Positions 18,478 through 26,477 of a stretch of DNA of 64,000 bases are shown here, in pieces. The position numbers and the translations under genes were made by a program. How positions within the stretch are numbered: position 1 is the first letter of the stretch; each line of letters opens with the position of its first letter. This DNA comes from Acidobacteriota bacterium (GTDB lineage: Bacteria; Acidobacteriota; UBA4820; DSQY01). The DNA lies in assembly GCA_040752915.1 (NCBI GenBank), contig JBFMHB010000006.1, positions 1,179-65,178 on the forward strand, in the 5' to 3' direction. The notes beneath the pieces were generated by a model. That model did not search any database. It was not told the origin of the DNA and saw only the letters and a list, made by a program, of their open reading frames with translations.

Positions 18478-19208
18478 TCTCCTTCTCCAGGATTCCTCAC
18501 CGCCACGTGCAGCATCGCGATTCCCCCCGTCAGCGGGCTTTGGGACTCCACCGAGAACCCGGCCTCCTCCAGTCGTTCGCGGAAGGCATCGTGGGTGGGA
18601 AACAGGCCCACCGAAGCGGGAAGGTATCCGTAGGGACCCTCCACGCCGCTCACCCAACGCCCCACCCAGGGAAGCACCCGCACGAAGTAGAAGCGGAAGA
18701 GGGGGGCGAAAATGCGTCCCCTCGGTACGGAGAATTCCAGGATCACGAGCCGTCCACCGGGCCGCAGAACGCGCGCCAGTTCCTTTAGCCCCCGATCCAA
18801 ATCCTGGAAGTTCCGGACGCCGAAGGCCACCATGGCGCCATCCACCGCCCCTGTCCTCAAGGGCAGATCCAGGGCATCCCCCTGCACCCGACGCAGGCGT
18901 CCGCCCCCTCGCTTCGCCCCGGCCTTCTGCAGCATGGGGAGGCTGAAGTCCACCCCCACCAGCTTCAAGTCCACCCGGCGCAGGAGGGCCAACGCAAGGT
19001 CTCCCGTCCCCGTGCACACATCCACAACGCAGCTCCCGGGCCTCGCCGCAAGGGATTTCACGGCCCTCCGGCGCCAGAGGCGGTCCACGTGGAGCGAGAG
19101 AAGGTGGTTCAACCGGTCGTAGGTGGGGGCGATGGCGCCGAACATGCGCGCCACGTCGTTCCCCTCCCGCCGGACGGGATCGGGCGAAATCCTCGGCGCA
19201 CCGTTCAT
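18474..19208 (-). CDS. ubiE: Demethylmenaquinone / ubiquinone C-methyltransferase
   Basis: VARMFGAIAPTYDRLNHLLS ... VVDVCTGTGDLA ... SAM-MTase motifs typical of MenG/UbiE. Start taken at MNGAPR (ATGA overlap with the rfaE-like stop). Confidence 0.75.
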   Translation of the reverse strand: MNGAPRISPDPVRREGNDVARMFGAIAPTYDRLNHLLSLHVDRLWRRRAVKSLAARPGSCVVDVCTGTGDLALALLRRVDLKLVGVDFSLPMLQKAGAKRGGGRLRRVQGDALDLPLRTGAVDGAMVAFGVRNFQDLDRGLKELARVLRPGGRLVILEFSVPRGRIFAPLFRFYFVRVLPWVGRWVSGVEGPYGYLPASVGLFPTHDAFRERLEEAGFSVESQSPLTGGIAMLHVAVRNPGEGE

Positions 19209-20164
19209 GGGGGCGCCGCAGCCAGCGCGGCTTCGAGCTCCGCCGGAGAACACACGGCCGTCCCGACCTTGCCCACCACGACACCCGCCGCCAGGTTGGC
19301 CAGGCGTGCGGCCCCCTCCAGGGGAAGGCCCGCCGCAAGCCCGAGGGCCAGGGCCGCTACGACCGTGTCCCCCGCCCCGGTCACGTCGAAGACTTCCCGG
19401 ACCCTCGCGGGGATCTGAACGAGGGGGCGGTTGCGCTCGGCGAGGGCCATCCCTTCGGGGCCCAGCGTGAACAGGATCGCTCCCCAGTCGGTCCTCCCGA
19501 GGAGGTCCGCGGCGGCCTTCGGGATCTCATCGACCGTAAAGGGACGCCCCAAGAGCTCCGCCGCCTCCTGGCGGTTGGGCGTCAGAACGGTGGCCCCCGG
19601 ATAGGGAAAGTGGATGGGTTTCGGATCCACGAGGTACGGGACCCCCGCCCTCCGGGCCAGCTCCCCCAGGCTGTTCAGAAACGACGGGCAGAAGAGCCCC
19701 TTGGCGTAATCGGAGACCACAAGGGCCCCGCTGCGGGGAAGAAGATCCTCGAGCCGGGCCAGGAGGGCGCTTCTCAGTCCGTCGGAAACGGCCGTGCGGA
19801 CCTCCCGGTCCACCCGGACCACCTGTTGGCGATGGGCGACAATGCGGGTCTTTACCGTGGTGCACCGTCCCGGGTCTCTCAGAAGGCCCGAGACCTCCAC
19901 CCCATCCGACCGGAGGAGAGAGACCAGGTGGTCGCCGGATTCATCGTCCCCCACGACCCCGAAGACGGCGGCCCCGCCGCCCAGCGCTCTCACGTTCGAA
20001 GCCACGTTGGCGGCTCCTCCGGGCATGGCCCGTTCGTCCCGGACCTCCACCACGGGGATGGGCGCTTCGGGCGAGATGCGATGCACCTCACCGTACACGA
20101 ACCGATCGAGGATCAGGTCCCCCAGAACGATGACTCGTTTGCCGCGCCAGTCCGGAATCGCCAT
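19205..20164 (-). CDS. PfkB-family sugar kinase, D-glycero-beta-D-manno-heptose-7-phosphate kinase-like (RfaE domain I / HldE kinase)
   Basis: KRVIVLGDLILDRFVYGEV.RISPEAPIPVV ... DVTGAGDT; RfaE domain I signature. Confidence 0.7.
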   Translation of the reverse strand: MAIPDWRGKRVIVLGDLILDRFVYGEVHRISPEAPIPVVEVRDERAMPGGAANVASNVRALGGGAAVFGVVGDDESGDHLVSLLRSDGVEVSGLLRDPGRCTTVKTRIVAHRQQVVRVDREVRTAVSDGLRSALLARLEDLLPRSGALVVSDYAKGLFCPSFLNSLGELARRAGVPYLVDPKPIHFPYPGATVLTPNRQEAAELLGRPFTVDEIPKAAADLLGRTDWGAILFTLGPEGMALAERNRPLVQIPARVREVFDVTGAGDTVVAALALGLAAGLPLEGAARLANLAAGVVVGKVGTAVCSPAELEAALAAAPP

Positions 20165-20217
20165 CGGCGTTCAACGCTCCGTGCGGGGTCCATTGTAGCC
20201 GCCGGAAGAGGGCCCCG

Positions 20218-20634
20218 CTACACGCCCGCCCGCCACAGATACACCCAGTTGACCAGGAACGCCCCCAGGAGGGCGAACCACCACCACTTCTCCTCCCGGG
20301 CCCCCACCTCCACGTACAGGTTTCGCCCCGCGAGCCGGGCTGCAACCCCAGCCCCGATCCACAGGAGAACCACCGCCACGGCCGAAGCAAACAGGGGGTT
20401 GGTCCGAAACGCGTCGAGGGGGCGCAGACGCGCGAGAAGGAGGACGCTTCGCGTGGCCCCGCAGGTGGGGCACGGGTGCCCCGATACGGCGTGGAAGCCG
20501 CACTGGGGGTGAAACCGCTCGGGGAGCAGCGAGACCGCGAGGGCGCCGGCGGCGAAGAGGACCCCTCCAAGAGCCACGAACACCCACGCCGGGGGGACGT
20601 CGCCCCGGCGGGCCCGAGCAGGTCGAATCTTCAT
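20218..20634 (-). CDS. DUF2752-like membrane protein
   Basis: CGFHAVSGHPCPTCGATRS motif and TM helices typical of DUF2752. ATG overlaps the upstream stop. Confidence 0.45.
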   Translation of the reverse strand: MKIRPARARRGDVPPAWVFVALGGVLFAAGALAVSLLPERFHPQCGFHAVSGHPCPTCGATRSVLLLARLRPLDAFRTNPLFASAVAVVLLWIGAGVAARLAGRNLYVEVGAREEKWWWFALLGAFLVNWVYLWRAGV

Positions 20635-21998
20635 GGGCGCTTCCCCTCCGACCCGAGGGAGGCCTTCCCGAGGGCGGCTTCCACCTTGGCCCACCCCGCC
20701 GGGTCCAATTCGACACGCACGGGCCGCCCCGCGGGCCGTGCGAAGGTGGCTCCGGCATCCCTCCAGACCTGAACCCGCTCCTCGAAGACGTCCCCCCGCA
20801 GGACGACCGTGACCGCTCGTCCCTTCGGGGCGGGCGCGCCTTCCGCGGGATCCGACACCCGGATGCCTTTCAGGGCCGTCAAGGCGCCGGCCAGCGAGGG
20901 CGCGTCGCCGCCCGGGGGGGGCGGGGAGGGCTCGGCGAAGCGCCATCCCGCTCCGTCGTCCCGGACGATCCGAACGGTCGCGTCTCCGGACACCAGGACC
21001 TCATCGCACTCGAAGACGGAGCGCCGGAGGACCTCCAGGGACCGGAAGGTTTCCGGGGGCTGGTCCAGGGATTTCAGGGAGTTGAGGGAAACGGCCAGGA
21101 CGCCTGAGCGTCCCGTGCACCGCGCCAGGACCCTCCGTTCGGCGGCTTCGCCCCCGGGCGCCGGGCCGCCGAGCTCCACAGCATACGCCTTCCCGCCGCC
21201 GTGAACCTCGATTCTGGTCCGAGGGGAATCGAATTCCCGGGCCGTCTCCTCCGGCGGCAGCTCGGGAAAGTCCATTACGGGGCAGAGGCACAGGTCGTCG
21301 AGGAGCGTCAGGATCGTTTCCGAGGCGCCCCAGTCGGAGTAGGGCTCCGTCACGGTCCAGCCTCCGGCGGGCTCCCGCCGAAAGGAGAGGGTCCGGCCGT
21401 CGCGGTGGCGGACCGTCACCCGTTCCACCTCGTGGGATCCCACGGGGAGGAGATCCCGGAGCCGGAAGGCCGAGGCGGGCCGCAGGAGCGTTTCCTCCAT
21501 GCCGGACTCCAATACCCAGGACTTGCCCTCGGCGCGGACGTAAAGCCCCTCGCCCAGGGGCGCGGGGAGACCCACCTCCAGGACGCGGACCCCGCTCGCC
21601 GTCCGCAGCGTCCAGGTGGCCCTCGGCGGTTTGAGCCCCAGGTCCTCGGGCCTCGCGCCCTCGTCCACGGCACGCAGACCACGCGCGGCCAGCAGTCTCT
21701 CTACGAACCCGCTCACGGCGTAGCCGTCCGCCGGATCCTCCACGGGAGCGGTGAGTTTCCACCCCTCCGCCGGACCGTCCGAGCCGTCCGAATCTCCATC
21801 TGGGTCCGTGCGCACGAGGGACAGGGGCTGGTAGCCCGATCGGTCCACGCCCCGCACATCCTCCGCGCGAAGGCCGCCCAGGATCCGGCCCCTTCCCGCC
21901 TCCGATTCGGCGGTGGTGGGCCGGTCTCTTTCCCAAAGGAGGATGGCGGCCAGGATGGCGGCGGCCAGGATGGCGAGCACCCAGGTGGATCGCTTCAC
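20631..21998 (-). CDS. DUF4340-like protein, N-terminally anchored, associated with the GldG-like ABC system
   Basis: N-terminal signal/anchor. Domain of this family is commonly found downstream of gldG-like genes. No catalytic motifs. Confidence 0.45.
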   Translation of the reverse strand: MKRSTWVLAILAAAILAAILLWERDRPTTAESEAGRGRILGGLRAEDVRGVDRSGYQPLSLVRTDPDGDSDGSDGPAEGWKLTAPVEDPADGYAVSGFVERLLAARGLRAVDEGARPEDLGLKPPRATWTLRTASGVRVLEVGLPAPLGEGLYVRAEGKSWVLESGMEETLLRPASAFRLRDLLPVGSHEVERVTVRHRDGRTLSFRREPAGGWTVTEPYSDWGASETILTLLDDLCLCPVMDFPELPPEETAREFDSPRTRIEVHGGGKAYAVELGGPAPGGEAAERRVLARCTGRSGVLAVSLNSLKSLDQPPETFRSLEVLRRSVFECDEVLVSGDATVRIVRDDGAGWRFAEPSPPPPGGDAPSLAGALTALKGIRVSDPAEGAPAPKGRAVTVVLRGDVFEERVQVWRDAGATFARPAGRPVRVELDPAGWAKVEAALGKASLGSEGKRP

Positions 21999-22002
21999 GG
22001 GC

Positions 22003-23448
22003 TCACCTTCGGCGCTGCAGGAAGACCCATCCGCCCAATCCCGCCACGCTGGCGGGGAGCACCACCACGAAAAGGAGGAGCAGGACGTTGGCTTGAGAGG
22101 CCGTGAGGTCCAGGTGCGTCTCGACGGAGGACTTGGGCGGAATGGCGATGCGGCTCTCCTGCTCCAGCAGCCAATGGACGGCGTTCATACAGAACAGCTG
22201 GTTTCCGAAGCCCGCGCCCATCAGGCCGTCGGTGGCCACATCCGAGTCTCCCGCGACCACGATCCTGGCTTTCCTGGAAGGCTCTTCGGAGGCCACCGCC
22301 AGGGCGAGCGGAAGGGGGCCCTGCGGATCGCCGGCTCCCTTGGCCAATTCCCCCTCCAGACCCTCCAGGCGCGTCAGCCCCCAGCTGGAGGGGGAGGAAC
22401 TGATCAGGCGGGTGACGACATAGCCCGCCTCCCGGGGGGAACCGACTTCCAGGGACCGTGCAAGGCCGAAGAGGACGAGGAACCGGTTCCTCGCCAGGTC
22501 CTGAACGGTCACGTGCTCCCCGAAGCGGGCGGCGAAGAAGGTTTGCGGCCCCATCTGGGGGACCGCGGCGGCGGGATCGAGGACCACATCGTTCGTCAGG
22601 ACGACCCCCCACCGTTCCAGAACCCCCTCGAGGCCCGTGGGCGCGAAAGACGGGGGTTTCCCTTCCAGGACGGGGTCCAGGAGGAACAGGGCCCTGCCTC
22701 CCTTTCGAAGATAGGCGTCCAGCGCCTCGGCCTCCTGAGGCAGAAAAGCCCCTTGGGGCCCGGCGACCACCAAGGCGTCGGCGTCCACCGGAACCTGGGC
22801 CTTCCCCAACCCGATCCACTCGCGGACGTGCGCCCCCTCCTTTTCGAGGCGGTCCCGGAGGATTCCGATGCCCTCCCCGCGCCCTCCCAGGCCTCTCTCT
22901 CCGTGGCCGGACGTGAAATAGACCACGGGCTGGTGAGGATTCTGCACCTCGAGGATGGCGTTCACGAAGGCCTGCTCCGCTTTGAAGGCCTTGATCCTCG
23001 CCGGTGCGCCTTCCTGGAGGCCCGAGAAGTCGTACTCGACCATCTGGTCCTTTTCCACGTGCCGTGACCGATCCCCGGCCTCGAAGACCACCACGTTGGC
23101 CACGTTGACCTTGTACTGCTGGGCCAGCGCCTGCACGCGAGCCCGGTCGCGATCGGGGTCGATGGTTTCCACCTGGATGCGGGGAGAGACCTCCCGAAAG
23201 GCCTCGAGAAGATCCGTGACGCGTCCGAAGAGTTCGTCGGCGGGAGACAGGAACACCACCACGCGGAGGGGAGTCTGGAGGTCGGCGAGGACCTTGCGGG
23301 CCTGGTCCGACAGGGAGAAGGAGCGCGAGGCGGTGAGATCCCACCTCCGGTAATGGCGCGCCGAAAGATAGTTCACCATGAGAAGGAGCCCCGCGAGCAC
23401 CGCGAGCACCACCCCCCAGTTGGTCTGCTTCAGAAGCCGGGCCCTCAT
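22003..23448 (-). CDS. GldG-like ABC-transporter auxiliary component
   Basis: N-terminal TM, large periplasmic domain, C-terminal TM (VLLLLFVVVLPASVAGLGGWVFL). ABC_transp_aux architecture. Confidence 0.6.
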   Translation of the reverse strand: MRARLLKQTNWGVVLAVLAGLLLMVNYLSARHYRRWDLTASRSFSLSDQARKVLADLQTPLRVVVFLSPADELFGRVTDLLEAFREVSPRIQVETIDPDRDRARVQALAQQYKVNVANVVVFEAGDRSRHVEKDQMVEYDFSGLQEGAPARIKAFKAEQAFVNAILEVQNPHQPVVYFTSGHGERGLGGRGEGIGILRDRLEKEGAHVREWIGLGKAQVPVDADALVVAGPQGAFLPQEAEALDAYLRKGGRALFLLDPVLEGKPPSFAPTGLEGVLERWGVVLTNDVVLDPAAAVPQMGPQTFFAARFGEHVTVQDLARNRFLVLFGLARSLEVGSPREAGYVVTRLISSSPSSWGLTRLEGLEGELAKGAGDPQGPLPLALAVASEEPSRKARIVVAGDSDVATDGLMGAGFGNQLFCMNAVHWLLEQESRIAIPPKSSVETHLDLTASQANVLLLLFVVVLPASVAGLGGWVFLQRRR

Positions 23449-23452
23449 GCGG

Positions 23453-24193
23453 TCACCTCCAACGCCGGGCCTGGAGGGCCTGGTAAGCCAGGGCCAGGAA
23501 GAAGGCCGCTCCGGACAGGCAGTAGAGGACGGGGCGCGAATCCACCATTCCCCGGGAGAAGCCCTGCATGGCGGCGTAGAGGTCCATGTACGAAAAGACC
23601 TCCTTCCAGAACGGATCGGTGATGATGTAGGAAATCAGGGAAAGAAGCAGCAGGAGAAGGAGGAGGGCGAAGGCCAGGATGGCGGCCACCACCTGGTTCT
23701 TCGAAACGAAGGTCGTGAAGATCCCGACGGAGAGAAACAAGAGACCCACCAGGACCGTCCCCAGGTATCCTCCCAGCACGGGCCCGGGATCCACCTCGGA
23801 ATAGAGGGACACGGCCCAGACGTAGAGACCCGTCGGCAGCCAGGCGGCCACATAGAGGAAAAGCGCCCCGAGGAACTTCCCGAGAACCACCTCGAGGTCG
23901 GTCACGGGGGCCGTCAGGAGCGTTTCCACCGTTCCGCTCTTCAGCTCCTCGGCGCCCAGGCGCATGGTGATGACGGGCACGGTCACGATCAGGAAGATCC
24001 AGAAGAAGACGGTGCCGCCGAAGAGAAGGCTCATGGGAGACGTGGAGGAGGCCCCCGGCTGACTCAGTACGGCCAAGATCGCGTAGAAGAAGAACCCGTT
24101 GAGAAGCAGAAAGGCGGTGATGACCACGTAGGCGAGCGGAGCGAGGAAATAGGAGCGGAGCTCCTTCTTGGCGATGGCCCATGCACCCTTCAC
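23453..24193 (-). CDS. ABC-2 family permease (GldF-like)
   Basis: 246 aa, six predicted TM helices. N-terminal AIAKKELRSYFLAPLAYVV. Confidence 0.6.
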   Translation of the reverse strand: MKGAWAIAKKELRSYFLAPLAYVVITAFLLLNGFFFYAILAVLSQPGASSTSPMSLLFGGTVFFWIFLIVTVPVITMRLGAEELKSGTVETLLTAPVTDLEVVLGKFLGALFLYVAAWLPTGLYVWAVSLYSEVDPGPVLGGYLGTVLVGLLFLSVGIFTTFVSKNQVVAAILAFALLLLLLLLSLISYIITDPFWKEVFSYMDLYAAMQGFSRGMVDSRPVLYCLSGAAFFLALAYQALQARRWR

Positions 24194-25164
24194 GGCTCCA
24201 CCTCCCCGGCGGCCTCGTCCGTCGTGATGGAGAGAAAGGCCTCCTCCAGCGAAATCTGCCGGGCCGCCAGCTCAAGGAGGGTCAGCCCGCGGAGAGAACA
24301 CGCCCGCACGATGGCCTCCCGCACGTCGGAAGCGGGATCGGTCTCCAGCTCCAGCCGGGTTTCCCCTCCCGATTCCGCCACCGTCCGCACCCGCATCACT
24401 CCCGGGATCTCCGCCAGGCAAACCTCGGCCTCGGCCCGGGGAGCCCGCACGGTGCACGTCAAATGGCCGCCGGACAGACCTTTCCGCAACCCCTCCACCG
24501 AGCCGTCGAAGAGGAGCCGCCCTCGATGGAGGATGAGGGCCCGGGAGCAGATGGCCTCGACCTCGGGGAGGATGTGGGTGGACAGGAGCACCGTGTGGTC
24601 GGCGCTGAGACCCTTGATGAGGGTGCGTGTCTGGGCGATCTGGGCGGGGTCGAGGCCCACGGTGGGTTCATCCAGGATGAGGACCGGTGGGTCGGCGAGG
24701 AGGGCGTCGGCGATCCCCACCCGCTGTCGGAAGCCCTTGGAGCAGGCCCCGATGATCCGGTCCCTCACTTCCAGGGCGTCGCATGCCTCCAGGACCTCCC
24801 CGATGCGCCGGGCCCGAAGGCGCCGGGGGACGCCTTTCAGCTCCGCCCGGAAGGCGAGGTATTCCCGCACCCTCAAGTCCTCATAAAGGGGGTTGTTTTC
24901 CGGGAGGTACCCGATTTGCCTCCGCACGGCCTTTCCGTCCTCCTGGGAGGAAAGACCGCCCACCACCACGTCTCCTTCGGTGGGAGGCAGAAAGCCGGTG
25001 ATCATCCGGAGGGTCGTCGTCTTTCCGGCCCCGTTGGGCCCGAGAAAGCCGACGATGTCCCCCTTTTCGATGCGGAAGTGGAGATGGCTCACCGCCTCCG
25101 TTCGCCCGAACCTGCGCGTCAGGTCCCGAACTTCGATCATGGGGTCTTCAACTCTCCCCGCCAT
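24190..25164 (-). CDS. ABC transporter ATP-binding protein (GldA-like)
   Basis: Walker A GFLGPNGAGKTT, signature LSGGHLTC-like, Walker B LILDEPT. 4-nt overlap with the permease gene. Confidence 0.8.
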   Translation of the reverse strand: MAGRVEDPMIEVRDLTRRFGRTEAVSHLHFRIEKGDIVGFLGPNGAGKTTTLRMITGFLPPTEGDVVVGGLSSQEDGKAVRRQIGYLPENNPLYEDLRVREYLAFRAELKGVPRRLRARRIGEVLEACDALEVRDRIIGACSKGFRQRVGIADALLADPPVLILDEPTVGLDPAQIAQTRTLIKGLSADHTVLLSTHILPEVEAICSRALILHRGRLLFDGSVEGLRKGLSGGHLTCTVRAPRAEAEVCLAEIPGVMRVRTVAESGGETRLELETDPASDVREAIVRACSLRGLTLLELAARQISLEEAFLSITTDEAAGEVEP

Positions 25165-25504
25165 CGCCGGGGACGAGCAGCTGGGCGGCCCGTTCGGCCT
25201 CCAGGCGCTTTCCCAGGGCCTCGGCTTTCGTCCTCAGGGCCTCGAGTGATTTCGCCGGTGGGACCCCGCCCAGGGCCTTGTGGGCATTGAGAAGAAGCAG
25301 GAGGTCGGCGGATTCCACCGCGGTTTGCGCGAGCCGCTCCAGGGAGGCTCGATCCCGGGCGGCCTCGAAGTACAGGAGGGCATCGTGCAGGAAACCGGCC
25401 TCCTCGTGGCGGCGCCCCCAATCCGACAGCGCCGGGGCGGGCGTGGAGGACAAAAAGAGGATCTTCTGCTTTTCGGCGACGGTGAGCGGGATCTTTTGAG
25501 CCAT
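25148..25504 (-). CDS. Hypothetical protein (first gene of the ABC/DUF4340 operon)
   Basis: About 119 aa from MAQKIPL with GGGAGG upstream. Helical, no recognisable motif. Start uncertain (an alternative start at 25543 is possible). Confidence 0.3.
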   Translation of the reverse strand: MAQKIPLTVAEKQKILFLSSTPAPALSDWGRRHEEAGFLHDALLYFEAARDRASLERLAQTAVESADLLLLLNAHKALGGVPPAKSLEALRTKAEALGKRLEAERAAQLLVPGDGGES

Positions 25505-25812
25505 GCGCGGCGCATCCTCCCTGCAGGAGACTGAGGATAGCATAGGAAAGACGGCCCTTGGGCGAAGGCGCCCCTCCTTTGAAGGGCCCGGGATGGGCCC
25601 TCGAGGCTCCGGGCCTCCAGGGCGAACGGGCGAACTCCCTGGAACGGGGGGTCCGACCCGGCCCTTTGGCCGGCTCCCGGGTCCAGAGTTCCCGATTCCC
25701 TTGCGGTCCCCTAGGTCGCGGTCACCGGGCGCGCGTTCCTCCGGCCCGAGAGATGACGTGCCCCGGGTGCCTCCTCGGGTTCAGATGGGACACCTGCCGA
25801 GTCGAAAGGAAA

Positions 25813-25836
25813 GGGGGGCCTGAATGGCCCCCCTTT
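25813..25836 (-). terminator. Intrinsic terminator downstream of hsp20 (bidirectional hairpin)
   Basis: GGGGGGCC-tgaat-GGCCCCCC, flanked by TTT on the plus strand and TTTCCTTTC on the minus strand. Lies immediately 3' of the hsp20 stop. Confidence 0.6.
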
Positions 25837-25855
25837 GCGCACCCGAGGTCTTGGG

Positions 25856-26296
25856 TCAGCCTTTGACCTCAATCTTCTTCGGCAGCGACTCCTCGGCCTT
25901 CGGGACGACGACTTCGAGGATTCCGTCCCGCTGGGTGGCGCTGATTTTCGCGGCGTCCACCCGGGTGGGAAGGGTGAAGGAGCGGAGGAACTTTCCGTAG
26001 GCCCTCTCGATCCGGTGGTAATGCTCCTTCTTGGTTTCGCTCTCGAAGCGCCGCTCCCCGCGGATGGTCAGGAGGTTGTTTTCCAGCTGAATCTCGATGT
26101 CCTCCTTTTTTACGCCCGGAAGGTCCACTTCGATCACGAAGCGCTTGTCCTCTTCCCGCAGATCCACGGCGGGCGCCCAGGCGCCGTACTCCACTTCGCC
26201 CGAAGCTCCCCGACTGAAGCCCTCGTCGAAGAGGCGATTGAGCTGCTCGTGCATGGTCATCAGTTCCCGATAGGGGTTCCAACGCATCAGGGTCAT
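25856..26296 (-). CDS. Hsp20/alpha-crystallin family small heat-shock protein
   Basis: 146 aa. PAVDLREEDKRFVIEVDLPGVKKEDIEI ... G.L.V.VPK, canonical ACD. Confidence 0.85.
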   Translation of the reverse strand: MTLMRWNPYRELMTMHEQLNRLFDEGFSRGASGEVEYGAWAPAVDLREEDKRFVIEVDLPGVKKEDIEIQLENNLLTIRGERRFESETKKEHYHRIERAYGKFLRSFTLPTRVDAAKISATQRDGILEVVVPKAEESLPKKIEVKG

Positions 26297-26358
26297 TGCG
26301 ATACCTCCTTTCTTGAATCCGGGCCCCCAAACCGGCGAGGGCCGATGGCTACGGAGAA

Positions 26359-26387
26359 AATATAATATCGCACTGCATACTTGTCAA
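26359..26387 (-). promoter_or_regulatory. Sigma-70 consensus promoter for hsp20 with a palindromic operator over the -35
   Basis: Minus strand: TTGACA, 17-nt spacer, TATATT. Palindrome ACTTGTCAAGT (26379-26389) overlaps the -35. AAGGAGG RBS before the ATG. Confidence 0.5.
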
Positions 26388-26477
26388 GTAATCTGATGTT
26401 ACCGCGCTCACTATTGAGCCGGACGCACCCCAGAGCCTTGCAATTCGCTGAATATTCAATAGTTCCGCAAAGCGCAA

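Noticed and set aside
25503-25866. Plus-strand ORFs 25503-25823 and 25558-25866 in the structured leader
   Set aside because: Gly/Pro/Arg-rich with no RBS. They overlap the hsp20 terminator and the 3' end of hsp20, consistent with GC-frame artefacts in a non-coding region.
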